A model generated the notes under the pieces. The model made no database searches, had not been told where the DNA came from, and saw only the letters and a program-made list of their open reading frames with translations. A stretch of DNA of 64,000 bases from IMG/VR virus record IMGVR_UViG_3300028388_003769. The stretch is one strand, 5' to 3'. Positions 34,364 through 45,232 of this stretch are shown in pieces. This DNA is from an uncultured virus (IMG/VR IMGVR_UViG_3300028388_003769). Lineage: Duplodnaviria; Heunggongvirae; Uroviricota; Caudoviricetes. The stretch's first letter is position 1. Each line of letters starts with the position of its first letter. The translations under genes and the position numbers were made by a program.

Positions 34364-35368
34364 TTATTTAAGTTTCCAAAAATTATAAATACCTTTTTCA
34401 ACTTCGTATTTGTCCCAAACAAAACGTTTTCGATTAGGCTGTTGTTTAGCCCAATTCCACATTTTAGTTAAACCCTCATGAAGATTTGTTTTATGTTCGT
34501 ACTTTAGTAAGTGTATGGATTTATGATATGTTGGAACAGCAACTTTTACTTCATGTCTTTTTTGTAACTTAATAAATTCACCATCCCCAATAACTTCCTC
34601 TCTCAAAATTTTGTTAGCTTCATTAATTGTAACTTCTTTTGTTCCTCCTAAATTTATAATCTCTTTAGAGGCTTGGGGCTGTGTGGCTGCTGCCCACATA
34701 GGTTCTAGTGTGTCGTCAATAAAGGAGAACGACCGTACCTGTTCACCATCTCCAAAAATAGTCATAGGTTGATCATTTAAATACTGATACATCCAAATGC
34801 CAAGAACGTTACGATATTTATCCCAAATATTTTGGTTTACTCCATACACATTGTGTGGTCTAATTATACACCAATCTAACCCAAATTGTTCACCTGCAAC
34901 TTGTATATCCATTTCACAAGCATACTTTGCTATTCCATATGGATCAATTGGCTGAGGATTGTCGTTCTCACTAAATGGTGGTACTCCATTACCATAAACA
35001 GCCATTGATGATGTAAATACCAATCTCTGTATATTATAAGTGATGCAGTTGTTAACTATGTGTGTTGTGGCAACTAGGTTATTTTGGTAATTAAAAGACC
35101 TTATAAACGGAGACAACCCTTCTGCTGCATAAGCTGCAAAGTGATATACATACTGTATGTTATTACGTTTGAAAATGTTTTCTAAACGATCTGGTGCTGA
35201 CACTAGATTTAGTATGTAAAAATCAACATCTTTAGGAACATTTTCTCTATATCCTCCTGATAAATCATCTATACCAATTACTCCGTAATCTGTATTGTCT
35301 AGTATCCATTGAGCCATCCGACTTCCTAAAAGTCCTGCTACTCCTGTTATTAGTACTTTTTGTTTCAT
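34364..35368 (-). CDS. NAD-dependent sugar epimerase/dehydratase
   Basis: TGVAGLLG, TSSMAVYG, YGIAK. Confidence 0.93.
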   Translation of the reverse strand: MKQKVLITGVAGLLGSRMAQWILDNTDYGVIGIDDLSGGYRENVPKDVDFYILNLVSAPDRLENIFKRNNIQYVYHFAAYAAEGLSPFIRSFNYQNNLVATTHIVNNCITYNIQRLVFTSSMAVYGNGVPPFSENDNPQPIDPYGIAKYACEMDIQVAGEQFGLDWCIIRPHNVYGVNQNIWDKYRNVLGIWMYQYLNDQPMTIFGDGEQVRSFSFIDDTLEPMWAAATQPQASKEIINLGGTKEVTINEANKILREEVIGDGEFIKLQKRHEVKVAVPTYHKSIHLLKYEHKTNLHEGLTKMWNWAKQQPNRKRFVWDKYEVEKGIYNFWKLK

Positions 35369-35381
35369 TGCTTATATAAAG

Positions 35382-36095
35382 TTAAACGCTTTTACTATTG
35401 TTTATAACTACTTCCCAATCTACAGCGGGACTTAAATATGGAGTTTCTACGTGAGTAGAGTATCCAGGAATAGATGAAACCAGATTACTGCCTTCCCGCC
35501 ACAGTCTGATAAACTTATCGTGATCTCTTGTAAATCCACGCTGTAAGTCACAGTACTCTTTATGTATGTGTATGTGTTTTTTAAATGTTTTAAATTTACA
35601 CGCATAGGTGTTTGTAGTAGATGGTGTAGTTCTCCAATGTACATTTTCAGTTGCCAATATTTTACTCTGTAAGTTCTCATAAGCTGGAAGAAAGTACTTG
35701 TCTTTGTGGTCATAAAGTGTGAGATAATCAACTCCCATAGAATCAAAACCTTCTAACATTATATCTACCCAACCATCAACATGTATGTAATCGTCTTCAA
35801 GAAAATATATTATATCATTGTTGTCTATATCCAACTTTTCTACATACTCAACTACGTTTAAAAAACTATGTCCGTCAGTTCCACCATTCCGTTTGACAAT
35901 ATTAACATCATAATTATTAATGAAGTGTTCTTCATTTGGTTCACCATCAAACATAACAGTTAAATCTACATCGTCTCTTCCATTAACAGTTCTCACTAAA
36001 TTCTTAAAACAGCCTTCTCTATCATACCATTCAGGTCTGACCTTACCAACTGAATTAGATGAAAAGTTACAATGTCTTTGAAATATTCTAATCAT
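35382..36095 (-). CDS. GT-A-fold glycosyltransferase-like protein
   Basis: YFLEDDYIH (DxD-like). Confidence 0.65.
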   Translation of the reverse strand: MIRIFQRHCNFSSNSVGKVRPEWYDREGCFKNLVRTVNGRDDVDLTVMFDGEPNEEHFINNYDVNIVKRNGGTDGHSFLNVVEYVEKLDIDNNDIIYFLEDDYIHVDGWVDIMLEGFDSMGVDYLTLYDHKDKYFLPAYENLQSKILATENVHWRTTPSTTNTYACKFKTFKKHIHIHKEYCDLQRGFTRDHDKFIRLWREGSNLVSSIPGYSTHVETPYLSPAVDWEVVINNSKSV

Positions 36096-36700
36096 AATAC
36101 ATCTGTTAAATTTTTTGGTCTTTCTACTAACATGTCATGAGCCTTTCCTACTGTGGGAATATGTTGTTCCCATATATTAAGTTGAATATTATTTTCCTGT
36201 AAATAATTGAATACAGTTTCACGAAGTAATTTTTGTTCTTCAGTTACAGGTTCATGCCATTCTCCCCACAATTCATCAACATAATCTATAGTACCGTCTT
36301 CAATCATTTTGTTCAATACATGATATTCGGCACCTTCAATATCAAACTTGACTACTAATTTAAAATTCCTTTCTTCAAATTGTTTTAAAAAAGTTGAAAA
36401 ATCTACAGTACTTACTTCAATATCAACTTCTTCATCTTGCCAAGACTTTCCATGTTCCTCTATTAACGAAGAACCGTCGGTAATACGTGTAGATATTTGA
36501 AAAGTAGATATACCATCTTCTATCCATACTGCACCATTTACAATATCCACGGTTTCATCACCTTCCCATATTTTTTCTAACGAATCTGCGAAATATGGTA
36601 TTGGTTCAAATCCAACTATCCTCGTATTATTACCAAATTGATGCTTTGCTCTTAAAATTGATTCACCACAATGGGAACCACAATCTATAAATACTGTCAT
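36092..36700 (-). CDS. FkbM-family methyltransferase
   Basis: FIDCGSHCG, FEP, KFDIEGAEY. Confidence 0.9.
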   Translation of the reverse strand: MTVFIDCGSHCGESILRAKHQFGNNTRIVGFEPIPYFADSLEKIWEGDETVDIVNGAVWIEDGISTFQISTRITDGSSLIEEHGKSWQDEEVDIEVSTVDFSTFLKQFEERNFKLVVKFDIEGAEYHVLNKMIEDGTIDYVDELWGEWHEPVTEEQKLLRETVFNYLQENNIQLNIWEQHIPTVGKAHDMLVERPKNLTDVL

Positions 36701-37473
36701 AATAATTTACTCAATGCATTTTTCATTTTACTTTCTTCTGCTCTTTGTTTCGCTCTTCTACTAATTGTACCATCGTCATTAACGTAACCATCGTCTCCAT
36801 TAATATAAACATTAGGTAAATGGTGAATTAGATTCTTATCAAATTCTGATATACAAATTACTTTATATAATCCTGACCACTTATATATTTCAGTATTCAC
36901 CTTACACTTAAAACTATATTGGTCATTTGACCAAAAATTATCTAAGTCAAACTGTGAAGATATTTTATTTATTTTGGAATCTGATAAAAGAAAGGATGCT
37001 TGATGTACATTATTAAAGTGAGCAAATTTAAGACCACCAAATTCTTCAACTGAATTATAATCCCAATCATAATGAGCGTGATAAGCAGGATAATATCTAC
37101 CCGTTTCATCGTACTCATATTGAATTAACCCACTTACATATCCTTCAGGTAGAATCTCTTCATACCTCTTATAATTATCTATATGATGTTCTTCCCATAA
37201 ATGGTCATTCTCTGTATAAATATAATAGTCAAATTGACCAATATAGTTATTGATTACTCGTCTTGCCATCAATGGAAGTAATTGCCAACTCGGTAATTCA
37301 TCTACAAGTACTACATGGTCTATTCCCTCAATCATAGGGTCTAATGAAATATTTGTTGTGACAAATATGGTAGTATCATACTTATCAAACGAATTAATTG
37401 AATGAATTACTTCTTGTAAATATTCAAGTTGCTCGTCACCGTAATTTACTATAGATACTAAAATACTATCCAT
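36697..37473 (-). CDS. glycosyltransferase-like protein
   Basis: YYIYTENDH motif; cluster context. Confidence 0.6.
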   Translation of the reverse strand: MDSILVSIVNYGDEQLEYLQEVIHSINSFDKYDTTIFVTTNISLDPMIEGIDHVVLVDELPSWQLLPLMARRVINNYIGQFDYYIYTENDHLWEEHHIDNYKRYEEILPEGYVSGLIQYEYDETGRYYPAYHAHYDWDYNSVEEFGGLKFAHFNNVHQASFLLSDSKINKISSQFDLDNFWSNDQYSFKCKVNTEIYKWSGLYKVICISEFDKNLIHHLPNVYINGDDGYVNDDGTISRRAKQRAEESKMKNALSKLL

Positions 37474-38192
37474 TACTTTACAGTCTTCCAATTTTTTGAT
37501 TTTAGTTCTTTTACAATAGAATCTCGTAAAGGTGAATGATTAACTTTCTTATGTGAAGCATTTTCATCATTACCATACACATCTCCTTTGTCAAATTTAG
37601 AGCCCCAATAAGAAAGATTATTTAACGGATGTGGTGGCACATACGTCTTTATCCCACCATATTTTTGAGCAAAATAAGATAATTGTATATCTTCTCCATT
37701 TTCCCAACTGACTGGTTCTTCATACCACATGTACCGTAAATAATCCTTTTTCACAAACCACGCGTGTCCTACTAAATCAACCTCTATCACATCATTTGAC
37801 CGTATACCATTCCATCCAACTTTCGTATGCGGATTATAAGTATCTCCATGTAAGATAACACCCGCTGTACCTAATATTCCATCATACCCATTCTCTATAG
37901 TATGCAAACAATTCTCAAACCAATTTTCAGATGGAATTGTGTCATCGTCAAAGAATGCCACATATTCAGTTTTAGCAAGAAGTGCGAAAGCAAATCTACC
38001 GTGAAACTTGAAGTTATGGTTACAAGTTGCTACTTTACAGCCTAAATCAGTAATATCATACTGCTCACCATCTTCAGGTTTATTATACCATATAAAAATA
38101 TCTTCAGGTACTATAGACTGATTTCGTATTGCTTCAATCTGTTCCTGAAGATATTGTGGTCTCTTGTACATATTTAATATAACTGTTATCAT
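37473..38192 (-). CDS. GT-A glycosyltransferase
   Basis: ITVIL..YKR, FFDDD, GEDI. Confidence 0.8.
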   Translation of the reverse strand: MITVILNMYKRPQYLQEQIEAIRNQSIVPEDIFIWYNKPEDGEQYDITDLGCKVATCNHNFKFHGRFAFALLAKTEYVAFFDDDTIPSENWFENCLHTIENGYDGILGTAGVILHGDTYNPHTKVGWNGIRSNDVIEVDLVGHAWFVKKDYLRYMWYEEPVSWENGEDIQLSYFAQKYGGIKTYVPPHPLNNLSYWGSKFDKGDVYGNDENASHKKVNHSPLRDSIVKELKSKNWKTVK

Positions 38193-39169
38193 AATATGAT
38201 TTTTAATCTCTCTGACGCTTTACCGTCTCCGTAAGGACACTCCGTTGTAATATAAGGATTTTTTATAAGAATGTCAAATAAATCCTTGATTTCATTAGGA
38301 CTTTGACATAAGTGCAGGTGCCCCGTATCAATTCCTTCAGGTCTTTCTGTAGTCTTTCTGCATACAATTACCTTCTTGTTAAAGAATGAACCCTCTTCCT
38401 GAATACCACCACTGTCTGTAATGACTAACTTACATTGTTTTAGAAGTGAAATTAAATCTCTATGCTCTAATGGATTAATAACTTTAACATTAGTTAACAA
38501 TCTCTCGTGCTTTAATACATTTGGATTTGGGTGAATCGGAAGAATAAATTCTAAGTTATCATACTCTTTAGCTAACTCATTAATTTTCTCAAACCATTTG
38601 TCCATCCAATGATGATTTTCGCGTCTATGAAGGGTTATAAGAACTACATCATCGTATGTACCTTCTCCATATTCTACAAGGTTGTCAAGTACTGTGTTGC
38701 CCACAACGTGAATTTCACCTTGTATATTTTCTTTGAGAAGATTTTTCTTTGACAATTCGGTTGGACAGAAATTTACGTCAGCTATTCTTGCTATCATCTG
38801 TCTGTATCCCTCTTCGGGATATGGATGTTTCAAGTTATTACTTCGTAGTCCTGACTCTAAATAATATATCTTTAACTCTCGGTTAAAAGCGGCGAGAGCA
38901 CATCCAAATACTGAACCTGTATCTCCCTGTACTAATATAGAATCAATCTCTTCGTCCGCTGGAAACTGAATCATACATTCAGAAATAATGGTGTCCAATC
39001 TATTGGTTGAAGAGTCAGGTAATTGTATTCTATAATCAACTTCTATATCACTCAGTAAATCAGGATGCTGACCTGTAAATAGTAGTTTGTACTTCTTTTT
39101 ATCCAAGACTTTAATAACTGGCTTTATCTTTAACCATTCAGGTCTTGTTCCAAAACATATTAATATCAT
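38189..39169 (-). CDS. wecB: UDP-N-acetylglucosamine 2-epimerase (non-hydrolysing)
   Basis: GTRPE..K, TGQH, QGDT, PEE..R, HRREN, TDSGGIQEE, YGDG. Confidence 0.95.
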   Translation of the reverse strand: MILICFGTRPEWLKIKPVIKVLDKKKYKLLFTGQHPDLLSDIEVDYRIQLPDSSTNRLDTIISECMIQFPADEEIDSILVQGDTGSVFGCALAAFNRELKIYYLESGLRSNNLKHPYPEEGYRQMIARIADVNFCPTELSKKNLLKENIQGEIHVVGNTVLDNLVEYGEGTYDDVVLITLHRRENHHWMDKWFEKINELAKEYDNLEFILPIHPNPNVLKHERLLTNVKVINPLEHRDLISLLKQCKLVITDSGGIQEEGSFFNKKVIVCRKTTERPEGIDTGHLHLCQSPNEIKDLFDILIKNPYITTECPYGDGKASERLKIIL

Positions 39170-39610
39170 TTATTTATATTTTTTTATATTATCACTACAA
39201 ACTCCAATACAATTACTCACATCAGAATTAAATACTTCAGGCATTACACCTATAGAGTTTTTTGGATATTTCTCAGTTGGATATGCCCATATGAATCCAT
39301 GTGAAGTTAAAGTAACCGTATCTTCTTCGTGCCAAAAATAATTTAACTTTTTATTGTCCAATCCATTAAAATATATAATAGAAGATAAGTCTTTACAGTG
39401 AATCCATAATCTACCACATCTTGCTATAAACCATTCTAAAGATATCGGGTACATTGGTTCGTCATGTCCTAAGTAAAGTACACTATTTTCAAACCAAACA
39501 TCTACCTCTACATCATATCCACTATCCAGTGCTATCTGAATGTAATGTGGATGATTTTCTTTTTCAGTCTCTCTTCCACTAATGTTTCCTCTATGAGATA
39601 TTTTTATCAT
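39170..39610 (-). CDS. short glycerophosphodiester phosphodiesterase-like protein
   Basis: ISHRGN, EN, DVEVDVW, GHD, GVCSD. Confidence 0.75.
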   Translation of the reverse strand: MIKISHRGNISGRETEKENHPHYIQIALDSGYDVEVDVWFENSVLYLGHDEPMYPISLEWFIARCGRLWIHCKDLSSIIYFNGLDNKKLNYFWHEEDTVTLTSHGFIWAYPTEKYPKNSIGVMPEVFNSDVSNCIGVCSDNIKKYK

Positions 39611-40967
39611 AATGATCCAAATAGTAATTCAAGTCTTCAGGTGTTCCAAGTCCCCACATTTTTTTTACATCAAATGTACGAATTTCTTTATCATCGTCTA
39701 TTGCTTGATTAAACACAGGACACACATAAAATTCACCATTAACTCTTATATCCTTTTCAATCATTTCTTCTGCGTACTTAACAAAATCAGAACCATGCTT
39801 CCAATAATAATACCCCACTGTTGCCGTATCAGATATAGGATTTTTCTCTGCTACTTCTACTACTAACCCTATATCATTTACTTTAACAAATGACCACTTA
39901 GGATGTGTTGCTTTAAATGATACAATACCACCATCAGCATCAGTTTCATTCATTTTATACATAAATTCATTTGAATCCCACTCAACAAATTGGTCAGAAT
40001 TAGCAAAGAAAAGTGGATTATCATTATCAATATATTCTTTTGCCAATAATGCTGTACAGGCTGCTCCTTCTGTAATACCATCTACCTCAACAATCTTACA
40101 ATTAGGTGTAATCAAATTCAATAAAGTATCTAAGTTATACTCTTCTCTATGTGATTTTTGTACTACATAGATAAAGTTCCCTTCTATATTTAGATTTTCT
40201 ACAACAGTCTGAATCATAGGCTTTCCATTAACATCGATTAACGGTTTAGGGAACGTATACCCTGCCTTTTTAAATCTACTCCCTGCTCCAGCCATTGGAA
40301 TTAATACATTTAGTTTTTCGTCTGTCCATTTTGGTTTAGTCATATTTTTACCAGTCTCTATTTGTTTTAATTTACGATAAATATTTTCACAAGTTACCTC
40401 TTCTACATTTTTCACTCGGAGTATGTGAGAATGTGTTCTACTTGCTGCCAACAATCCATACGGAGAATCTTCCACAATTAGTGTTTCTTCAGGTAAGTAT
40501 CCCATTTTAGATATAACTCTCCAATACATTTCAGGATGTGGTTTAGAATTTTGAACATCCTCATTAGATAGTACATAATCCATATACTCCATGACCCCAA
40601 GTTTTGATAGAACTGTAAGTACTGTCTTTCTTATCGAGTTAGAACTTACTGCAATCTTATATCCATCAGAAACTAAAGACTCCATAACACCTTGTAGTAT
40701 TGGGTCTGGAGTTGTATCCTTTAATAACTTTAAAGTCCACTTTTGCTTGTCTCTCCATATTTCATCATGTAATTCACTCGGAAGTCCTTTTCGTTTAGTA
40801 AGCATCTCCAACTTTTGTACTGTCTTTAATCCATCATATATGGACAAGTGCTCATTCCACTTTATAGTATATTCTTTTGGCAGAGCTTTATTTAAAGCAT
40901 CATAATGAATTTGTTTAGCTTCTATCAATACACCGTCTAAATCGAAAATAATTAATTTTACTTTCAT
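39591..40967 (-). CDS. HAD phosphatase + sugar nucleotidyltransferase fusion
   Basis: FDLDGVL, KPHPE, EDS..G; then IPMAGAGSRF...PKP, LGTPEDL. Confidence 0.92.
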   Translation of the reverse strand: MKVKLIIFDLDGVLIEAKQIHYDALNKALPKEYTIKWNEHLSIYDGLKTVQKLEMLTKRKGLPSELHDEIWRDKQKWTLKLLKDTTPDPILQGVMESLVSDGYKIAVSSNSIRKTVLTVLSKLGVMEYMDYVLSNEDVQNSKPHPEMYWRVISKMGYLPEETLIVEDSPYGLLAASRTHSHILRVKNVEEVTCENIYRKLKQIETGKNMTKPKWTDEKLNVLIPMAGAGSRFKKAGYTFPKPLIDVNGKPMIQTVVENLNIEGNFIYVVQKSHREEYNLDTLLNLITPNCKIVEVDGITEGAACTALLAKEYIDNDNPLFFANSDQFVEWDSNEFMYKMNETDADGGIVSFKATHPKWSFVKVNDIGLVVEVAEKNPISDTATVGYYYWKHGSDFVKYAEEMIEKDIRVNGEFYVCPVFNQAIDDDKEIRTFDVKKMWGLGTPEDLNYYLDHYDKNIS

Positions 40968-41668
40968 ATAATTCCTCTTTTAGATGAATCCACATTATAT
41001 TTGTCAAAAATATTATTCAACTCCAAACTATATTCTTTAAGATTCCACCGTCCCTTGTTTATAGCAGTTGCTATATATGGAAACACAATACTATTATAGT
41101 GATAATTTCCTCTCTTTTCCTCAGAACCAAGACGTACCATATAATCGTTTCTAAGTGGTACTGCTACTTCAAATTCCCATATATTTTTATTACCGATATC
41201 TTCTAATAATGATAATAACGTACTTGGTTTAATCAAAGTAGGTTGTACTGAAAATTTTGAGTATCTATTACGTACTAAAGTACTGTTCAAGTCAAACAAA
41301 GTATCAGTTCCCTCAACGTATATCAATTTAATAGAATCTACATATCCGGCTTCTACATATGAAATATACTTATTTATCATGTCAATTTTTGGATAGTCAT
41401 ATAACATCATATCTTCATGTAAAAATAATATAACCTCATCAGTTATTTTAGATATAGTTGATATGAGACGCTCTACATATGAATCATCATTATTGTATAT
41501 TAGATATTTTATATTAAATGAGTCATGTAACGATTTGTCATAATCTTTATCACATATCAGATAAATATTTCCATTAAAATCTGGCATATATTTTTTTAAT
41601 TCCTCAAAAAATATAGTAGATACGTCACTATAATCGGAGTGTGTATATAACACTAACGCTGCTCTCAT
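40964..41668 (-). CDS. glycosyltransferase-like protein
   Basis: FLHEDM, WEFE; cluster context. Confidence 0.6.
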   Translation of the reverse strand: MRAALVLYTHSDYSDVSTIFFEELKKYMPDFNGNIYLICDKDYDKSLHDSFNIKYLIYNNDDSYVERLISTISKITDEVILFLHEDMMLYDYPKIDMINKYISYVEAGYVDSIKLIYVEGTDTLFDLNSTLVRNRYSKFSVQPTLIKPSTLLSLLEDIGNKNIWEFEVAVPLRNDYMVRLGSEEKRGNYHYNSIVFPYIATAINKGRWNLKEYSLELNNIFDKYNVDSSKRGII

Positions 41669-42390
41669 TCCCATACCGTTTTTAAATTTACTCTATTATT
41701 CCACAATCCATTATTAATCATCCACCACTTGTAAAAGGCAATAGCGTTTGATAAATCACCATCACTACCTTCAATATTTCTTGCGAACTCATGAAAGTCA
41801 CCATCAATAATCATATTGTCTTTGAGAGATTCGTATAATGTACAGAAGTTTTTCATAATTTCAGGTGAACCATAAAACCACATATCAGCAGGCCCCATTT
41901 TGAAATGATTCCAATTAGCCATATAAATTTTATCATTTTCTATGTCAGTCTTGAAATTAATACACTGTACAGGATATGGATTGTTTTTTCCAGGGCCCGA
42001 AGTGTTCCTGTTTATTCTACCTAAATCAAATCTAGCTTTAACAACTATATCGTAATTTTCATTATATTCAAATACCCTCTTAATAGATTGACTGACACTA
42101 TATAGATGAGATAAAACTGATTGTGGCGGTCTTGGACATCCCTTTAGGGTATTTAAATTCCTATCTTCAACTATAGAAGAAAAATCTTTCTGTTCTTGAA
42201 ATAAATAAGATACAGGATTATATAAATCACAAATTTCTTTTTCCTTATCTAATTCCCAACTATGAATAAACACATCAGTATCTACAACATCTAATATATT
42301 GTTTTTTATATGTTTATATCCATCATATCCTTTAGACGTTTTATCAGTTGCTGAATCAAAAAGTCCATGTAAACATAAAGCTACTTTCAT
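41665..42390 (-). CDS. glycan-related hypothetical protein
   Basis: KVALCL.G, DVFIHSW, YDIVVKARFD. Confidence 0.65.
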   Translation of the reverse strand: MKVALCLHGLFDSATDKTSKGYDGYKHIKNNILDVVDTDVFIHSWELDKEKEICDLYNPVSYLFQEQKDFSSIVEDRNLNTLKGCPRPPQSVLSHLYSVSQSIKRVFEYNENYDIVVKARFDLGRINRNTSGPGKNNPYPVQCINFKTDIENDKIYMANWNHFKMGPADMWFYGSPEIMKNFCTLYESLKDNMIIDGDFHEFARNIEGSDGDLSNAIAFYKWWMINNGLWNNRVNLKTVWE

Positions 42391-42872
42391 ATTCTATAAG
42401 GTGTGCGTATAAGTGTTTTTCCGCCATCATTACTTGTTCGTTTCATTGGCTGTTTCCAGTTTTCTCTATACTCACAATTAAAACGTTTAGATATTAATTC
42501 CAATAATTCACTATAGTTTTTTACAGCCCATTCATGTTTTATTAGTAAGTATTCAGAGTTATCCCAATTTTCACGGATTGGAGTATTGTAATAGTAATTA
42601 TACACCTCTCGTGTAAAGTTACATTTTGGATAAGCTCTTGATATAGAATGATTCCATATATCATAATCTCTCTGAATTATCAGAGGGCTTCCATTGTTTA
42701 AGTTTGGATAGCAGTGTTTCAGTGACTGTGCTTCACCAAATCGTTGATCTCCCTCTACATTACCAATAACAGATATACTACTGTCATATTTCACACTAAA
42801 GTTGTGAATTAAAGTCCATTCTATAAAGTTTGTTCCGCTTTTCTGTAATCCGTATACTTGAATTTTGTTCAT
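42387..42872 (-). CDS. sulfotransferase-like protein (short)
   Basis: G.QKSGTNF PAPS-loop-like motif. Confidence 0.55.
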   Translation of the reverse strand: MNKIQVYGLQKSGTNFIEWTLIHNFSVKYDSSISVIGNVEGDQRFGEAQSLKHCYPNLNNGSPLIIQRDYDIWNHSISRAYPKCNFTREVYNYYYNTPIRENWDNSEYLLIKHEWAVKNYSELLELISKRFNCEYRENWKQPMKRTSNDGGKTLIRTPYRI

Positions 42873-43354
42873 GACAGCTTTTTTATTTTCTTTATTATCT
42901 CAGGATAGTCTTTTAATATATCAGGATTATCTTTTAAGGTTTGAATTGCTATATCATTTTTCAACTTAGTTGTACTCCATCCATGAGCCCTTGAAGTATA
43001 TACAATATTAGGTGGTAAATCATCCCCTGTAACTCGTTTACCAATATAATCTTCACCTAATATTCTAATATCAGGTTTGAAGAATTTAATCAAATCGTAT
43101 AACTCATCTTCAGTCTGATATGTGTAAACGGCATCTACAGATTCCATTTCCATTAAAGTATTATACCTCTCTGCTCTCGGAACAACTGGCTTATACTTAT
43201 TCTCTCTATCTACAGAAGGGTCATTCTGTAAAAATACCATAAAATAATCACAGTGTTTTTTAGCAGACTGAAATGTATAAACATATCCGGGATGAATAAT
43301 ATCAAAATTTCCAGCTGTAAACCCTACGATTTTTTTATTATTGTCTACTATCAT
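42869..43354 (-). CDS. cytidylyltransferase (TagD-like)
   Basis: AGNFDIIHPGY (HxGH variant), R....STT. Confidence 0.88.
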   Translation of the reverse strand: MIVDNNKKIVGFTAGNFDIIHPGYVYTFQSAKKHCDYFMVFLQNDPSVDRENKYKPVVPRAERYNTLMEMESVDAVYTYQTEDELYDLIKFFKPDIRILGEDYIGKRVTGDDLPPNIVYTSRAHGWSTTKLKNDIAIQTLKDNPDILKDYPEIIKKIKKLS

Positions 43355-43436
43355 CTTAACTATAATCTAATTCATAATTTTGTTCTTCAAAAAAGTACGT
43401 ATATTAACCCCATTCCACCAATTGTTATACTTTGCA

Positions 43437-44063
43437 TTACTCTATTGTTCTATTGTTTTTAAATAGTGTAAATTCAGTTAAATCTCTATACCCATTATCT
43501 TCAGGTAAATCACTCATATGTTTAGGATATTGCTGAAAAAGTGATAATCCATGAGCTGCTTGCTGTGGTGTCATATACATATTCCACCCACAAAAAGTTA
43601 TATCGTCATCTTTGTAAAACTTCTCACTTCGTCCTTCGTATCTTGCTTTCTTAAACCACTCGGCTGCTTCCTTGTCATCAGTCAGTATCATTCCACCTTT
43701 CCAAATAGGAAGTAGTTTCTTTATGTGAAATGATAAACACATATATTGTCCATCTTTATACATCCCACTTGTCAATCTTTTAGCCGCATCCCATATCGGA
43801 TATGGTTTTAACTGATAAACTCCCTTCCAATGATTAACTTCTGGACGTTTATCAAATATAACTTCCCCACCCGCGTGCATAATCGACTGTGGTACTGAAA
43901 GGTATGTATGAGCAGGTATTGTAACCTCTTTAACTTCTAAGTATTTACAAACTAAAAACAAGGCGTTCGTACAACTATCTACGGATATTGCGTATGGAGC
44001 ACCTGTATAGTTAGCAATTTCATCTTCAAACATTTTTACTATTTCATATGGCTTGTGTATCAT
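43437..44063 (-). CDS. DegT/DnrJ/EryC1/StrS aminotransferase, compact (start at MIHKP)
   Basis: FE.EIA.Y.GA.YA..V.SCT.AL, DAA, SFH..K....KGGM. Confidence 0.88.
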   Translation of the reverse strand: MIHKPYEIVKMFEDEIANYTGAPYAISVDSCTNALFLVCKYLEVKEVTIPAHTYLSVPQSIMHAGGEVIFDKRPEVNHWKGVYQLKPYPIWDAAKRLTSGMYKDGQYMCLSFHIKKLLPIWKGGMILTDDKEAAEWFKKARYEGRSEKFYKDDDITFCGWNMYMTPQQAAHGLSLFQQYPKHMSDLPEDNGYRDLTEFTLFKNNRTIE

Positions 44064-44460
44064 CTTGTTTCTTATAGTATGTAAACTGTTCATCTTTATC
44101 GGAAATAGAAAATCCAAGAGATAAAAATAAATTATCACTTGCTGTGTTTCCTAATTTGACTTTTGCGTAAGCGGTTGGAAATATATCCATGATTTTTGAA
44201 ATCATAAATTTACCAACTCCCCCTTTTTGATGATCAGGGTGCGTACAAACTCTTATATCATCGTCTATTACACCTACATATCCCACAGGATTATCATCAA
44301 TAAGTGCAACTCTATAAAAGTCTGAATATTTTTTCATATATGCTTGTTGCATATCTTCTGTAATATACGTGTTCTCATTGAAGCCATGAGAAACTTCTTT
44401 ATCATTTCGAAGATTTCTAATAAACTCCCAATATCTTTCTTTACACTCTACTAATTCCAT
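44044..44460 (-). CDS. GNAT N-acetyltransferase
   Basis: IR.LRND, HPDHQKGGVG, N.AS..LF..LGF. Confidence 0.85.
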   Translation of the reverse strand: MELVECKERYWEFIRNLRNDKEVSHGFNENTYITEDMQQAYMKKYSDFYRVALIDDNPVGYVGVIDDDIRVCTHPDHQKGGVGKFMISKIMDIFPTAYAKVKLGNTASDNLFLSLGFSISDKDEQFTYYKKQDDTQAI

Positions 44461-45230
44461 ACACAAATCTTATTTAAATTTCCACCACTTCCTGCTCCGT
44501 AGTATGCGTTAATATATCCACGGGAAACGGGCATACCCATCTCTCTTGAAAGGGTAGTCCCAATATCAATATACGTATTTTTTGGGTACTTATCAAATAA
44601 TCTATAAATCGCTAAGTTTGAAAAAGATGATGCTGAAAAAAGAAATATATGGTCTTCAATATTATTTTCACCAATCCAATCTAATATATTATCTATCTTA
44701 TCGTAATCATTAACCATAGCATTGTATCCTATTCTAAAGTCTTTTACGATATATGGAAACTTATCCAACTTAGCAGTTTCATGTCCAATAAATACACATT
44801 TATTTTTACTAAATATTGGTACAACTTCTTTCATGAATAGTGGATAATTTCCATTAACCCATAAATTAGCCCATGTCAGAGAGTCATCATCACCATCATG
44901 TAAATCAATTTGCCAATCAAAGTTATCCTTTCCAACACAGCAACTACAACTTACACCTTTATAGTAACCATCTTTCTTAAACTGAAATGATTCTATCAAC
45001 CTCTTTCTAACAATTTGATGTTTATTTGGATTAAAGTTTTTAAAATCTAATGGACGATAATGTGCCCGATTAACTTTATTACCAACTTTGGCTATTCCTT
45101 GATCTAATACCAATTCTTTATTTTGTAGAATAAACATTTCACCATCGGAATATCTGGCAAAGGCAAAGCGTTCTCCATCTACAATCTTTTGCTTAAATTT
45201 AAAAAAGTGTTCTCTAAAATCCTTTTCCAT
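44451..45230 (-). CDS. GT-D/DUF1792-like glycosyltransferase
   Basis: FARYSDGE, YIDIG. Confidence 0.65.
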   Translation of the reverse strand: MEKDFREHFFKFKQKIVDGERFAFARYSDGEMFILQNKELVLDQGIAKVGNKVNRAHYRPLDFKNFNPNKHQIVRKRLIESFQFKKDGYYKGVSCSCCVGKDNFDWQIDLHDGDDDSLTWANLWVNGNYPLFMKEVVPIFSKNKCVFIGHETAKLDKFPYIVKDFRIGYNAMVNDYDKIDNILDWIGENNIEDHIFLFSASSFSNLAIYRLFDKYPKNTYIDIGTTLSREMGMPVSRGYINAYYGAGSGGNLNKICVWN

Positions 45231-45232
45231 TT